Shown: positions 37,637 to 49,274 of the stretch, piece after piece
How the letters are laid out: every line of letters begins with the position of its first letter
Position numbering within the stretch: position 1 is the stretch's first letter
From: Massalongia carnosa
Taxonomy: Eukaryota
Reading direction: 5' to 3'
NCBI GenBank assembly: GCA_965645245.1
Contig: OZ287080.1
Coordinates: 496,001 to 560,000 of the forward strand
Length of the DNA: 64,000 nt
Made by a program: the position numbers and the translations under genes
The notes under the pieces: model-generated
Told to the model about the DNA's origin: nothing
The model's input: the letters and a program-made list of their open reading frames with translations, nothing else
Database searches by the model: none

Positions 37637-39481
37637 AGTTTTCTCTGACTGCAAATTCTACGTAGATTTCCTAGTCTAACCCCCTCTGGGAAGACCCTTG
37701 TCTCTGGTAACTCGGGGAAAGGGGCGAGTAGAGGATGAGCGAGTGGGGGGTGCAGAAGAGGGGACAGAGATGTACGGTCCTGGGAAATCAATCCCAGGAT
37801 TCGGAACTCTTTTGCTTCCGAGGTGGATGAGGTTTTTGATCATGAGAAAGGTAAATGGATGAGTTTTTATTATTTATATGTATTTTTTTTTTCAAAATAA
37901 TAGCAAACACGATCAGTCTTCCATCTCTTTCTTTCAACTTGTAACTGTTGACTTCTATTTACCTATTCAATGTTCTTTCTCATCTAACTTCTTTTGCCAC
38001 CTTGATGCTCTTACCCAACGTTTACATGTCTTGAAGCACACGCCATCTATCTCTTAAAACCATCCATCCCGAACTGTCAACATAGGATAGCCATCGACAG
38101 TTCACCAAAACCTACCTCCACCATCCCTTAAACCACAAACCTAAACAAACCCTTCTGCATTACCGCCTATCTCCTTTCTTCCCCCCCTCCAATAACTAAC
38201 CTAACAAAAGCCCACCACCACTTGACCGCTCCCTTTCCCACTCCCCCCAACCGAGCGCACAACCACACTACGTATCCACCGCCGATTTACATCAATATTC
38301 GCCATCCAGAACCTCTACCTCTTTTCTAGCTTCCCTAAAACAAAGGACCAGAGGTTTTTTCCCCCCTTCCCCCAAAAACTCCTCCTACAAGCATCCTCAA
38401 CCAAATACATACATACATACCTCCTCCCAACCCCTTCCAACCCTTCTCCTTATAGCGCCATTATCAAAAGAGCCTACTGACCCAAAAAAACTCTAAGCTC
38501 ATGCTTAAGCTCATGCTAATAAATAAAGTTCATAGTCAAAGCTGGGAATTCCTTGAGCAGCGAGCGAAAAGAAAGAAAGAAAGCAAAGAAAAAAGACAAA
38601 TGAAATCCCCAGCCAACTTGATTTTTTTCCTTCCCAGCCTCATATCTACCTATCTCTTTCTATCTATCTCGAGTAAGCAGGCAAGCAAGCAGGGATTTTA
38701 CCGGGACGGGAATCTTCTTCCTTTCTCCGCGAAGTATAGAATCTTAACCGCTTCCTGTCATCAGTAGCAGCAGCAGCAGCAGCAGCAGAGAGAAAAGAAG
38801 GCGGAGAGATGGGAAATATATATTCTATCTATTCTATCTATACTATCTACAAGAATGGGGGATGGGTGGGGAATATATACATAAGTACTGCTGAAGAGCC
38901 TCTGCCCAGCCTCTGTGACGGGGTTCCGAATTGTCTGACTAAACTTTCGTTGACGAAACTATAGGGGCCTGGAGAGACTCGTTGATGAATCGCTAGTCGA
39001 GAAAGCACGAGTTACAGTAGTCCTATCGTCTAAGAAGTCACAACTCCCTTCAGTCGAGTGTCAAAACCAGACTCGTAATCCGAGCGGACCGCCCCTCCCT
39101 CCCCCCCCCTTAGTTCTTGACCATCTCCAGCCCGCCACGCGTTTAGCCGAGTTCTCCATATCCAGAGTTATTGGCCAGGGTTCCTGGATTGATGGTTTTG
39201 ACATGCTCCTTCTCAGTAGCTTCCAGAAAGCCGGATTCCATAACCGTTCGAACGGTAGCGCTTCACACCAGCTGCTGTAAGGTTCAGCGTCGGAAATTGT
39301 CCGGACAACCCTTGGGAATGTTTTCGTAGGCGATTATCTGTCCATGTAGAATACATCCAATCTCATCCTTGCCGAGGATTGTGTAGGCGTGAGGCTCAAC
39401 CCGCGTGCGGATGGCCTTAGGGAGCTGCATATTATTATGGGCTTCGCCAGTCTTGGAGCTGTTGCTTGCTTGAGCATCTTG

Positions 39482-39751
39482 TATTGCTTTGAAGAGACCT
39501 ATTGCTTTGAAGAGACCTATTGCTTTGAAGAGACCTATTGCTTTGAAGAGACCTATTGCTTTGAAGAGACCTATTGCTTTGAAGAGACCTATTGCTTTGA
39601 AGAGACCTATTGCTTTGAAGAGACCTATTGCTTTGAAGAGACCTATTGCTTTGAAGAGACCTATTGCTTTGAAGAGACCTATTGCTTTGAAGAGACCTAT
39701 TGCTTTGAAGAGACCTATTGCTTTGAAGAGACCTATTGCTTTGAAGAGACC
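39482..39751. repeat. Minisatellite: 15 perfect copies of TATTGCTTTGAAGAGACC
   Basis: Units start at 39482 and recur every 18 bp to 39734, with no spacers or mismatches. Confidence 0.97.
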
Positions 39752-40711
39752 TATGCATCGTGCTTCTCAAAGAAAGGTATAAGTTGGGGGGAGGGACTGA
39801 TTATATGTCTGGAAAAGTGCGGAACTGAGAAACTAAGATCTTGTGTTGTTGCTTGATCTGTTAGATCCATGTCAATACAGACTCGCTTTATCCATTGGGG
39901 CTTGCCTGAACCTGTATCAGTCTCATTCTATTTGCTGATGAACGATTTCGCAGATGAGAAGCAGCCGTTGAAATCACGATTTCTGTGGTTGCCAAAGCAT
40001 AGCATGTTCAAGAAGAGTTCCGGAACGTCTTTGTTCATGCACGTTTTACAGAACACTATTTTCCAAAAACTATTCAAACACGCTGTGACCCCCCAATTTC
40101 TTCATGCCCAAACATGGGTCCAGATGGTCACAAGCGTCTAATCGCTGAATCGGCCCGTCTCCATCATCGCCAGTGAGTTGGTTGTAACTACAGGTACAGA
40201 GTAGTTAGTGTTTCTTATAATGTCACTTAATTCAGTTAGCTGGCTCTCCGGCACTCTCTCCACTCTAATCCAGCCACTGCCGCTATTACAACGCAGAACT
40301 CAACGTCCACTTCTCCATCGTGACTCGGTGTTTTCTAATTTTGCACATAGCATACATAACCAGCAACACCCTTACCACCGTAGCTAACTAGTGACAAGAA
40401 AGTGTCCTAGCAACACGCCATGAACAACAACTTGCAGGGGGGCCAGACTTGGCGGAGGGGTTTGGGGGCAGGAGAGAAGATGGACATGGAGACGGCAGTG
40501 GTGAATCAGGAGAAATGTGGCAAGCCGGCATCGTAGAAACCGATGATAGCAACAAAGCAATGAGATGAAAGGCTTTCTGGTTTTTCTCGGCATTGAGATA
40601 TAAAAGTCATGGCTATCCCGCTCGAATCTCTTCAGTCTTCACGCTCAGACAATCCTCAGCTTTCTCAAAATTGATCAACATTGTTCGTCGCCCCTATCAG
40701 GAAAAGTCAAC

Positions 40712-41468
40712 ATGAAGCTTTCCCTCATTTCTCTCCTCCTTCCCCTCGTCGGCACCACTCTTACCGCCATCGGGGACAAATGCCGCACGACCTCCGGATC
40801 AGGAACCTGCAAGAAAGTTAGCAGCTGCACATCAGGTACTATATATCTTATCCTTCCATACCCCATGCAAGTTTCACCGTGACAGGCAAATGCCCTAACA
40901 ACGGCAACGACATCGAATGTTACATCGGCAAAGGCTGCACCCTCACTCAAAAGGCACCATTGATTAGTCTGGCCGGGAACTGCTTTGATACGAAGTGTAA
41001 TTCGTGCTCGGGCGGTAACTTCAAGAAGGGCCTCTGTCCCGGGGATAATGATGTGCTATGCTGTATCAAATCAGGTATTTATTCCCCTCCACTTGGATGG
41101 ATCTCTCTTCCCCTAAATTTTTTTCTTTCCACCAACCAACCAACCTCCCCACTCCCAGAAAAACCAACTCCCGCACCGGCTCCCGCCCCCAAACCCAACT
41201 GCCCCGCCGTCCGTAAAGTCTCTAGCTTGGTCTTCGACGACATAATCCTCTCCCAGCAAGCGACCAAAATGTCTACATCTTTTACAAAGTCGATGAGCAC
41301 GTGCTCGACATCTGCGCCATCACCGGCATCTTTTGCGGCGTCGCGTCCATCGGCGTAGGCTTTATGGCCGATCACGCGGCTGAGTGTACGGCCAAGTGGC
41401 AGTGCTTGAAGCTGAAGGAGCTTTATTTGCCGTTTTGCATTGGCGGCTCGGACTGTTGCTCTGAGTAG
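40712..41468 (+). CDS. Secreted cysteine-rich protein: two Cys repeats, Pro linker, Cys-rich C-terminal domain
   Basis: TATAAAA near 40599 and signal peptide MKLSLISLLLPLVGTTLTA. Repeats GTCKKVSSC..GKCPNNGNDIEC and GNC..C..GLCPGDNDVLCC, then KPTPAPAPAPKP. Introns ~40836-40885 (acceptor uncertain), 41075-41158 and 41213-41256; stop TAG at 41466-41468. Confidence 0.7.
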
Positions 41469-43030
41469 GGGGAATCAGACGAAGGGTGGGTTTGGGGGGG
41501 CTGAGTCGGTTCCTCCTGAGAGAGACATTGGCGACGCGAGGATTCTTGATGAATCGACGATTTCTTAGCTGTCAGTCCGTGGAGATGGTTTTGGTTCCGC
41601 GTTTCTCGCACGTGCATGGTTGTTTTTGTTTCTCTTGACAGGACAAGGCGTGCTTGTTATTCTTCTCAAACAAATCAAAGGTCTTTTATATGCATGCGTC
41701 TGTCAATCAACCAACCAACTCTTATCAAGACAGCCAATTTCCTTTCCAACGCACCTCCGGACTACCTCAGTTCTTTCTACTCCCTTATTTCTTTCTTTCT
41801 TTCTTTCCTCCCTCTATGCTTCTCCCTCCCTTCCTTTCTCTCTCTCTCTCCAGGAATCTTCCCCCCCCCCCCCAAAAAAGTAGAAAGAAAGCAGAAAGGA
41901 ACTCCACACACACACAAACCGAAAACAAACAAATAAAAAAACCTGTAAAACCAGATCTTCCGATAGGTCCCTCCCATTCCCTACCCTCCCCTCCCCTCTA
42001 GGGCTCTATCATCCTGTCCTCCCCGAGCCCTTGGGGAGAAACCCCCTCCCTCATTATCAGATGGGAATGGAAACTATAAGAATATTAAAATACGGGAAAC
42101 TAAACACAGAAGTACAAAATACCCGAGCTATTTAGTTGAAAAATCTAAATATTTAAAAAAACATCAAAAGACCGAAAAAGATAGAACCAACGGAATCAAA
42201 CTATCAAAGATTCGATAGGAGATATCTACCTACCTAACTATCTATCCATCATCATACAAAGAAGAAGAAAAAACACGCGCGAGGGGGGGCAGAATCAAGA
42301 GATCTCCCACACATACAACATATAAATCAAGTAAAACAATCCTCCCCTTCCATTTAAGTCTTTCCTTTATTTCCTTCTTTCTTTTGGAGGGGGGGAGGCG
42401 GATTTTGCCCTAATGAAAGAAGAGAAGGAGAGGAGAGGAGAGGAAATGCAACGAAAGGATCGAGGTGTTGGTCATAATGGTATGAGATTGGTGGTTTAGA
42501 AGATGGTGATAATGATGATGATGACAGAGGGGGAGGAGAATAATGTCTTATGTTCGTTTAGGAACAGGCTGAAACAACAGCAGCAAGAAACATACACACG
42601 TCCACATCCACACATCTTTACCCTTTCAATCCATCCATCCATAAATACATACATATACATCCATTCATACAAAACATACAAACACCCTCCAAGCACAACA
42701 CAAAAGCGTACGTGCGTGCGTGCATACTAAAGCCGACTACAGAAAAAGAGAAAAAAAAAGAAACCAAGAGCGAAAACGAACGAACGAAAGAAAGAAAGAA
42801 AGAAAGAAGCTAAGTCGATTAGGTAACTACCGGGCGCTCTCGCTCCTTTCGGGGGTACATACATTGATTGACTGATTGATTGATTGATAAATGGTCGATA
42901 GAATGATTAGATCGTTTTTGCATTTTGTCCATTTTCGGTGACGTATCTTCGACGTAGTTGCCTGCCTGCCTAGTTGAGTGGTTTTTTGGCGTTTCCCGTC
43001 TTCCTGCCCTCCTGCGCCCTCGGTGGTTGA

Positions 43031-43133
43031 TGTACAGGGAGGGTATCGAGCCTATACCACCTAGGATTGTTGGATTGGAAATCGTCGGGACAATTCCTGA
43101 ATCTAGGGCTCTACCATTCGGGGTTAGGTTTAC
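43031..43133 (-). pseudogene. Degenerate intron-containing tRNA-like sequence
   Basis: Minus strand reads ...GAATGGTAGAGC CCTAGA TTCAGG [~28-nt insert] AAT CCTAGG TGGT ATAGGCTCGATACC..., i.e. D-loop remnant, anticodon stem split by an intron-sized insert, and a decayed T-arm. Confidence 0.4.
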
Positions 43134-43249
43134 CCATCTTTTTTACCCATCTTTTTTATTTAATTAAAAAAAATCTTTCCCTCTTTCCACCCCCCTCTCC
43201 ACCACCACCACGACGCCCCTGCCCTCCTCACCCTTTCCGTCTTCCACCA

Positions 43250-44402
43250 TTACCTCTCCCTCTCCATCACCACCACCTCATGCTCCTTCCCCGCAATCTC
43301 AATTGCCATGCCCTTTTCCCCCTCAACCGGCAACTCCAAAACCCTGAACCCGGATAACTCCGGCATACCGTGCTGCTGCAGTTCCGGCCCCATCACGGCG
43401 CCATTTTCTACCTCGGAGGACGCCAGCGCAGCCCGCGCTGGAAGTTGAAGCTGCTGCTGCCGTTGGCGACGCTTGTAGGCAAGGAAGAGGAAGAGGAGGA
43501 GGAGGGAGCCAAGGAGGGAGACGCCGAGGGAGACGCCGAGACCGGCGATTAGGGCGATATTGGGGTTTTTGTGGGGGGTGGGGGATCTAGATGATGATGA
43601 TGGGGTTGTTGTCGGGGAATTTACGCTCGAGGAGGAGATGGAAACGGGGGAGACAGGGATTTGGATGGCTTGGTCGTGGACGCCGTCGAGGGGGAAGGTG
43701 TTGCCCAGGCAGCAGTAACTGGCGTTGTAGGCTTCGGACTGGCAGCACCAGGTGCGTTGGCCGCACGAGGAGACGGCTTGGTTGGAGCCTTCGTTTGTGG
43801 CTGTGTTTTGCGGGCGGAGGAAGGGATGGTGTTAGCTATTGGTTTTGATGACGTAATGCGTGGTGAGGAAAAGGCAAGCTCCCTGGTGATAGATATCTCC
43901 CGAATGACGGGATCCTCCAGGAATATTGAGAAGAAAGGGAAAAAAAACCACAATAAACGAGTCTGCCGATCCCCACCGTGCAAGCAAGTACCCCGCTTAC
44001 GACCAAGCAACCGAGGAAACATAACCCGAGACATGTCTACCCACTTTTGCAAAACCCCGGGCACTCCGGTGACGCCCATGCCTTATCGGTGCAACTCCCC
44101 CGATAGGTCGAGCCCACCCGGCTGATATCACCCACGCTGGAATCCTGCCCCAGCATGCACACGCCGTTGGACAGGCACGTCCAGCCGCGGCCACAGCAGA
44201 CGGAGACGGCCGCCGAGGCGTTACAAGGGACCTCATTGACCTGCAGCTCGCCGTTGGGGAAGTAGCAGCTTCCTTCTGCCGAGGCGCCGAGAGCGGGTTG
44301 CGGGAAAAAAGAGAGCGAGAGTGAGAGGGAGAGGGAGAAGACAATGAGAAGATAATGGAAGCGAGAATGGGAACGGGGGATGGAGGTTAGGGAGTGAGAC
44401 AT
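43250..44402 (-). CDS. Single-pass cell-surface protein with Cys-rich ectodomain and Ser/Thr/Pro stalk (Mid2-like architecture)
   Basis: Exon 44402-44045, intron 44044-43801 (branch GCTAAC), exon 43800-43250. Signal segment, CYFPNG...VCCGRGWTCLSNGVC...YRGSCTDKAWASPECPGFC, CGQRTWCC, S/T/P-rich stalk, TM IALIAGLGVSLGVSLLGSLLLLFLFLAY followed by KRRQR. Confidence 0.75.
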
Positions 44403-47400
44403 TGGGATTTTAGGCAGCTAGTTATGTAGGCGCAGAGAACGAGCGTTGGGGACGGGAGATGGGGGAAATATCGGGATTTCCCGTGGAACAAAGAGAAGAT
44501 AATGAAGAAAGCCAAAAGATAAAAAGAAGAGCAGCTTGGACCATATTTGTCTCAACGAAAGTGCCGTGCTGATGATCTAGTCTTATCTCCCAGACTCTGT
44601 CTGGCGGACGGGGTGCGCAGCAGGTTCTCATATATGCGTATGCAAGGAGGGGTCTTTTCGGGGTTTTCGGTGGTGGCTTGGCACCTTGGGTAGGCAGCTC
44701 TTATCGCTCTCCACCCTTTTTCTACGCCTCTCGCTTGCTTTTTCCCCTCAAGTGGGTTAACAAATAAAAAAGAGTTTTAGCAGTGGGGGCTAACAGGCAC
44801 GGAGTTGTAGGTTTATTTATTTATAGTGTAAAATTGACGTTCTGGGACATGTTTTTCTGGGACGAATCAATCATCGTTTCTGAACATTTATTGCACATTC
44901 ATAATCATTGTTTAAGTCAGTTAAAACGTGGAAATCTTGTCAAGAGAGACTTTCATCTTCACTGAAGCCTCTCAGAATGATCCTTCTTCACCTTCTCCAC
45001 CACCACCACCACCTCCTCCTCCTCCTCCTCCTCCTCCTCCTCCTCCTACTAGATAAATATCGTTTTTCAAAGCCGCTATATCCATACTTCCCACTCTTGT
45101 TACAGCCTAGCCAGATCTTTCTCAAAAGATCGTCCGTGCTCTTTGGAAACGTTTCCATGATAACGGCATGGTCTTTTTCGGCGGCGTCATTGTTGAGCGC
45201 AATGAGTAGAAAGTTAAAACAAGAAAACGATATAGCTGGGAATGGAGCCTTGAAGATTCGAATAATTTGATGGGTGAGAGATTTATCTCTCCGGGACCCG
45301 GAGGTGTCGCAGCATCAAACTTAACTCTGTAACTTATGCGAGACGTTGCTCTATTTCGAGCGCTAGTTGTTCGTCATGTGATCAATTAGATTGAGCACGC
45401 GGATACTCCGTAGTTACAGTACGGTAACTCTGACCATAACGCCAATACGAGACCCTAATTCAGCTTCCATCACTAACGCAACTCCTGCAACAATCCGAGC
45501 GTGCATATTGAGTGTTTTACACTCTGTACTCCACACCAAGTATGCTTCGTCTTCTAACTAGCACACTGGATAGATAACCAAAAACATCATGCATCATCAA
45601 TCGAACCTACTGTGATAACTCCGGCCGTACTAAGCCAAAAATGCAAACCCGGGAACGGGGATCCGAACCAAGCGCCTGTGACCGCAGGGCTGGAACCTTA
45701 AGCGTGTCAGCGCTGTCAGAATCTCTGTACCACTACTAGGGACAAAACAACGGACTCCTGCACCCTCGCAGTCCTATCTTTACCCATCGATTGACGGAGA
45801 GGGGCATTCTATCCTGTCCACCCGACGATGGTGTGGGCGATATAGCTGAATCGAACCCTCCCCTATGTGATGAACCCCACCTTGATTTCTCTTTGAACAC
45901 GTCTAGTCATGGAACCTCGGACCGAAAATCAAAGCTCATCTATCTCTTCACGGATTCTCCGAACAACCGCTATCTCTGCAGCAGGACGCCTCTTTTGTTG
46001 TTCTAGTAGTGAGCCAAATGCACGTGTTATCACAACAGGTTCGATTCCTGTTAGCGCTGGCCCAATGGTGGGGTGATTTTTTGGTTTTCTTCTACGACGC
46101 TCCACCGGGTTCCGCATATCTATCTATTTCCCCCTTCAACCAGTTCAAGTAGTTAGTTAGCCTGATCTAACCAATAACCGCGTTCGAGATTCCCAACGAC
46201 ATGGCCCCCAGCCGGAATGTATCTTTCCCTGATTTTCTGGTGTAAGTGATTATTCGCATAAAGGTGTTCCTCGTTAGGTGCTTGGCGATTTGCTGGCAGA
46301 GTCATCATTATACACGCTTCGAGACGCCGATATCCGGAGTTTTTTTGGTTGTTTTTGGGAAGGCTGGGCTTTTTTGCGGAGTAGGCGAAGCGGGCGGTAG
46401 GTAGTTCGCGGTGAAGGGATGGGTGCATTGTTGTTGTGCATTATAAAGAGTATATTCGTGAAGTTTATGGCCTATGCTTTTTTCTCAACATATGTTGAAA
46501 CGTGATAATCTACGATGTTGTTGAATTTTGTTCTTCGTATCGGTTTGTCGAAGAAAATATCTTTGGAAAATCCAACGCATCTGTTATTCTCGATTAGGTG
46601 CTGCATTGGTGCATTGGGCATTGTAAGGATATGGAGCAAGGTTCTTCTTCCAAGTGTGCTTCTTCGGATTTCGATTGAATTTCTCAGCTAAATTTTGCAA
46701 GAGCTTCAAGGTGGATGATGAAGGAGAAATCTTTCCAAAGATCGCAAGTATATTAAACCTAACCAATTTACTATAATATATAGAAGATAAAAATCGCCGA
46801 CTTAATGAATCAAATGCCCCCGTTTGATATGAACCCTTCCGAAAAGCGGCCGGCCGTAGTTTGTCTTCTCAAGTTGAGGCCCTCCTGGATACTTACAATG
46901 AACTTATGAAAGATTTTATGGATGCATTCATTGAAATTTTGTTCTTCTGCCTTTCGCTAGATGGTCGATGTGTTTTCAATCCAGTTCTTCAAAGCGCTGC
47001 TGATAGTGCGGGATCGGGCAACATCAATGTCTCTAGGATAAGAAAACTGGCGCGACGGAGCTTATAATTAAAGAATGCTTACGTAAATAAGATGACGAAA
47101 GCGTTTCGTTGAATTTCGAGAGTCAACGTGCTGATGGCCAAGACTCGAAGCCTGTTCAACGAAGAAGGTTATGACTTTCACCTGGCTTGGACCCTTCCAC
47201 GGGAGGAAAACATCCGATAGTCGCTCTCAAGTTGAATACTCCTCGATTGCTACATCGCCTTCTCCTCAGTTTCCCGCCCTTTCTACATGGTACTGCCCTG
47301 ACCTTGAACATATCATCGCAAGTTGACAAGACTTCTCTCACCATCGGATTTTGCACGAGTGGGAGATTTTCGTAGACGGTCAGGGGGTTTCCGATCCTCT

Positions 47401-47814
47401 CCAAACAAGGGTCCAAGGAATCTTTTGCAGGGCGAAGGAGAAACCAACAGTATCCGCGGCACTGGTACTCGTTTCGGCAGCTACGTCTTCTTCGCTTTTG
47501 GGTTTGGCGGAAGAAGCAATGTCATCTGATAGGTACAGGTGCGCTTTTGTTCGTTTGAGCAGTATCGACATTACGTGTTTGAAGTTACTTCAGTCTATGT
47601 CGTTACTGTTAAGGTTTTTTTTTGAAACGATTGATTGCTTGACTGTAAAGTAATTTTAAGAAGATGAATATGAGGCTTGGGGCGTGTTTTGCAGTTTTTT
47701 GAAGAGAGAAAATCGTATAAACTAGATAATTCGGGTGCCGGTATCAGCTTGCACGCCAGCGCAGGCTGCTGTGGCACCTAAAGATAGTTTCGGTAGTAGC
47801 GTGAGAGTAAGAAA

Positions 47815-48062
47815 GGTTGTCCTGGAAATGGGTAGGATGGGGCGAGATGGAATTTCCATGGATGGAAGATTAGAGTGAGCCCTACATTCTTTAGTTGTTC
47901 GGGAATTTCTAGCTCGTATGCCTTGTTATCAATTGATCTGATGATTAGCTCCTCGAGTTTGACACCAATAGTAATTGTGCATGCCGCAGCAAGCATAGGT
48001 TCTATAGGTGAACTGTATCCACTGCAATTGCCGCAGCGCTGAGATTTTGGTTTGATGTTCAA
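47815..48062 (-). mobile_element. Ty3/Gypsy retrotransposon integrase C-terminal remnant
   Basis: IIRSIDNKAYELEIPEQL...IFHPWKFHLAPSYPFPGQ resembles the GPF/Y, SH3-like region that precedes the chromodomain. No LTRs or RT seen. Confidence 0.65.
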
Positions 48063-49274
48063 AAAGTTCCAATTCTGTTTTTATGCGATTAATGATAGGG
48101 TGACTTGGCAGACGATAGGATTTCTAGAGTAGTATGGAATAGGGAAAGAAATCCAGAGTTTGTTAAAATTTCATTGGTTTTGGATGTTGGCTTTGATATA
48201 GTATAACTGAAGGAGAAGTATTACTGTTACTTCTTTTGGGGGGTATTGTGTCGACAAGGGAGGGCTCGTTGCTGCTTGGTGTCATGATGTGTGTGTCTTT
48301 GCTTAAGTTTTTCATTTGCTGTTTCAAGCAATGAACGCAATACGAGAGGCAAAAGAAGAAGAAAAAGATACCAAAGTCCCGAAATCGAAGGAAAAGCCAC
48401 CCTACAACAACAAAACAACGAAGAGAGAAGAAAGAAGAAAGAATCAATCGAATCTCTACACGACACTAAAAAAGAGAACAAAGTACCAAAAACCAAAGTA
48501 AAAGATCCCACAAAAAACCCCCCCAAGAATCCGAAAAGTTCTTCAAACAAGAAAACTCGACAGGACGATGAATAGATGAATAAATAAATGAATGAGCAAC
48601 ATCTATCTCAACAGAAAAGAGACGGTTTCTTATTCCCCCCTATCTAAAAAAAACCAACCTCATGGCCAACTAGTTAATCAAATGAGTAATCTTGGTAATA
48701 TGAGAGTTGTAGATATCGTGAATGAACTTTGGGGGAATCTTGAGGTTTAGCATCTTGATTAAGTAAAACTGTACGTGTCGTGATTGGTGGTGGATTTATC
48801 GGAATTTTAGGTACGTACGGCTGATGCTTGTAGTCCCCAGCAACGTAAGGGGTATTATATGAGGTAGGCGCGGCACTAGACAGTGCAGTCCTAGAGACTC
48901 TACTATTTGCAGAGGTTACTTTGTGGGGAGGGGAGGGGAGGGGGGGGGGGTGTCGTTGTGTTGTGGCTATGACTACAAAAGGCGAAATAGTACGACTAGG
49001 CGATTGATTATAGTTAGTCCAAAAAACGAATTTTGCACATGCAAAAGAGAAATAGAAAAACAATTGATTGTCTATCACTACGTAAATAAACTGCTTTTAT
49101 TTATGCTCGTCCGTTAGTCATTCCAGAAGTTTTCGTTTTCATCTCGTCGGTCGTTTCTTTCGATGCAATTTTTCTGACTCCATACAAATCTGCCACCGGT
49201 GCAGGCTTTTCTTGCGGAGGTAGATGCAAATTGCTTTGTCAAGTATTTTTGGCACGTAGCGTCGGTTTCCCGTT

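Noticed and set aside
38914..39042. Solo LTR (TGTGAC...GTCACA)
   Set aside because: Only 129 bp, imperfect TSD (cctc/actc), and no second copy in the window.
39482..39751. CRISPR array
   Set aside because: Contiguous identical 18-mers with no spacers, no cas genes, and a eukaryotic context.
39389..39856. Kex2-processed repeat/RiPP (dikaritin-like) precursor
   Set aside because: The YCFEET frame has no dibasic sites. The ALKRPI frame has KR followed by Pro and no signal peptide. There is no synonymous variation between units and no DUF3328/UstY-like gene in the window.
44908..45270. ORF with poly-His/poly-Leu
   Set aside because: Produced by (CAC)n/(CTC)n microsatellites; the opposite strand has multiple stops and no identifiable homology.
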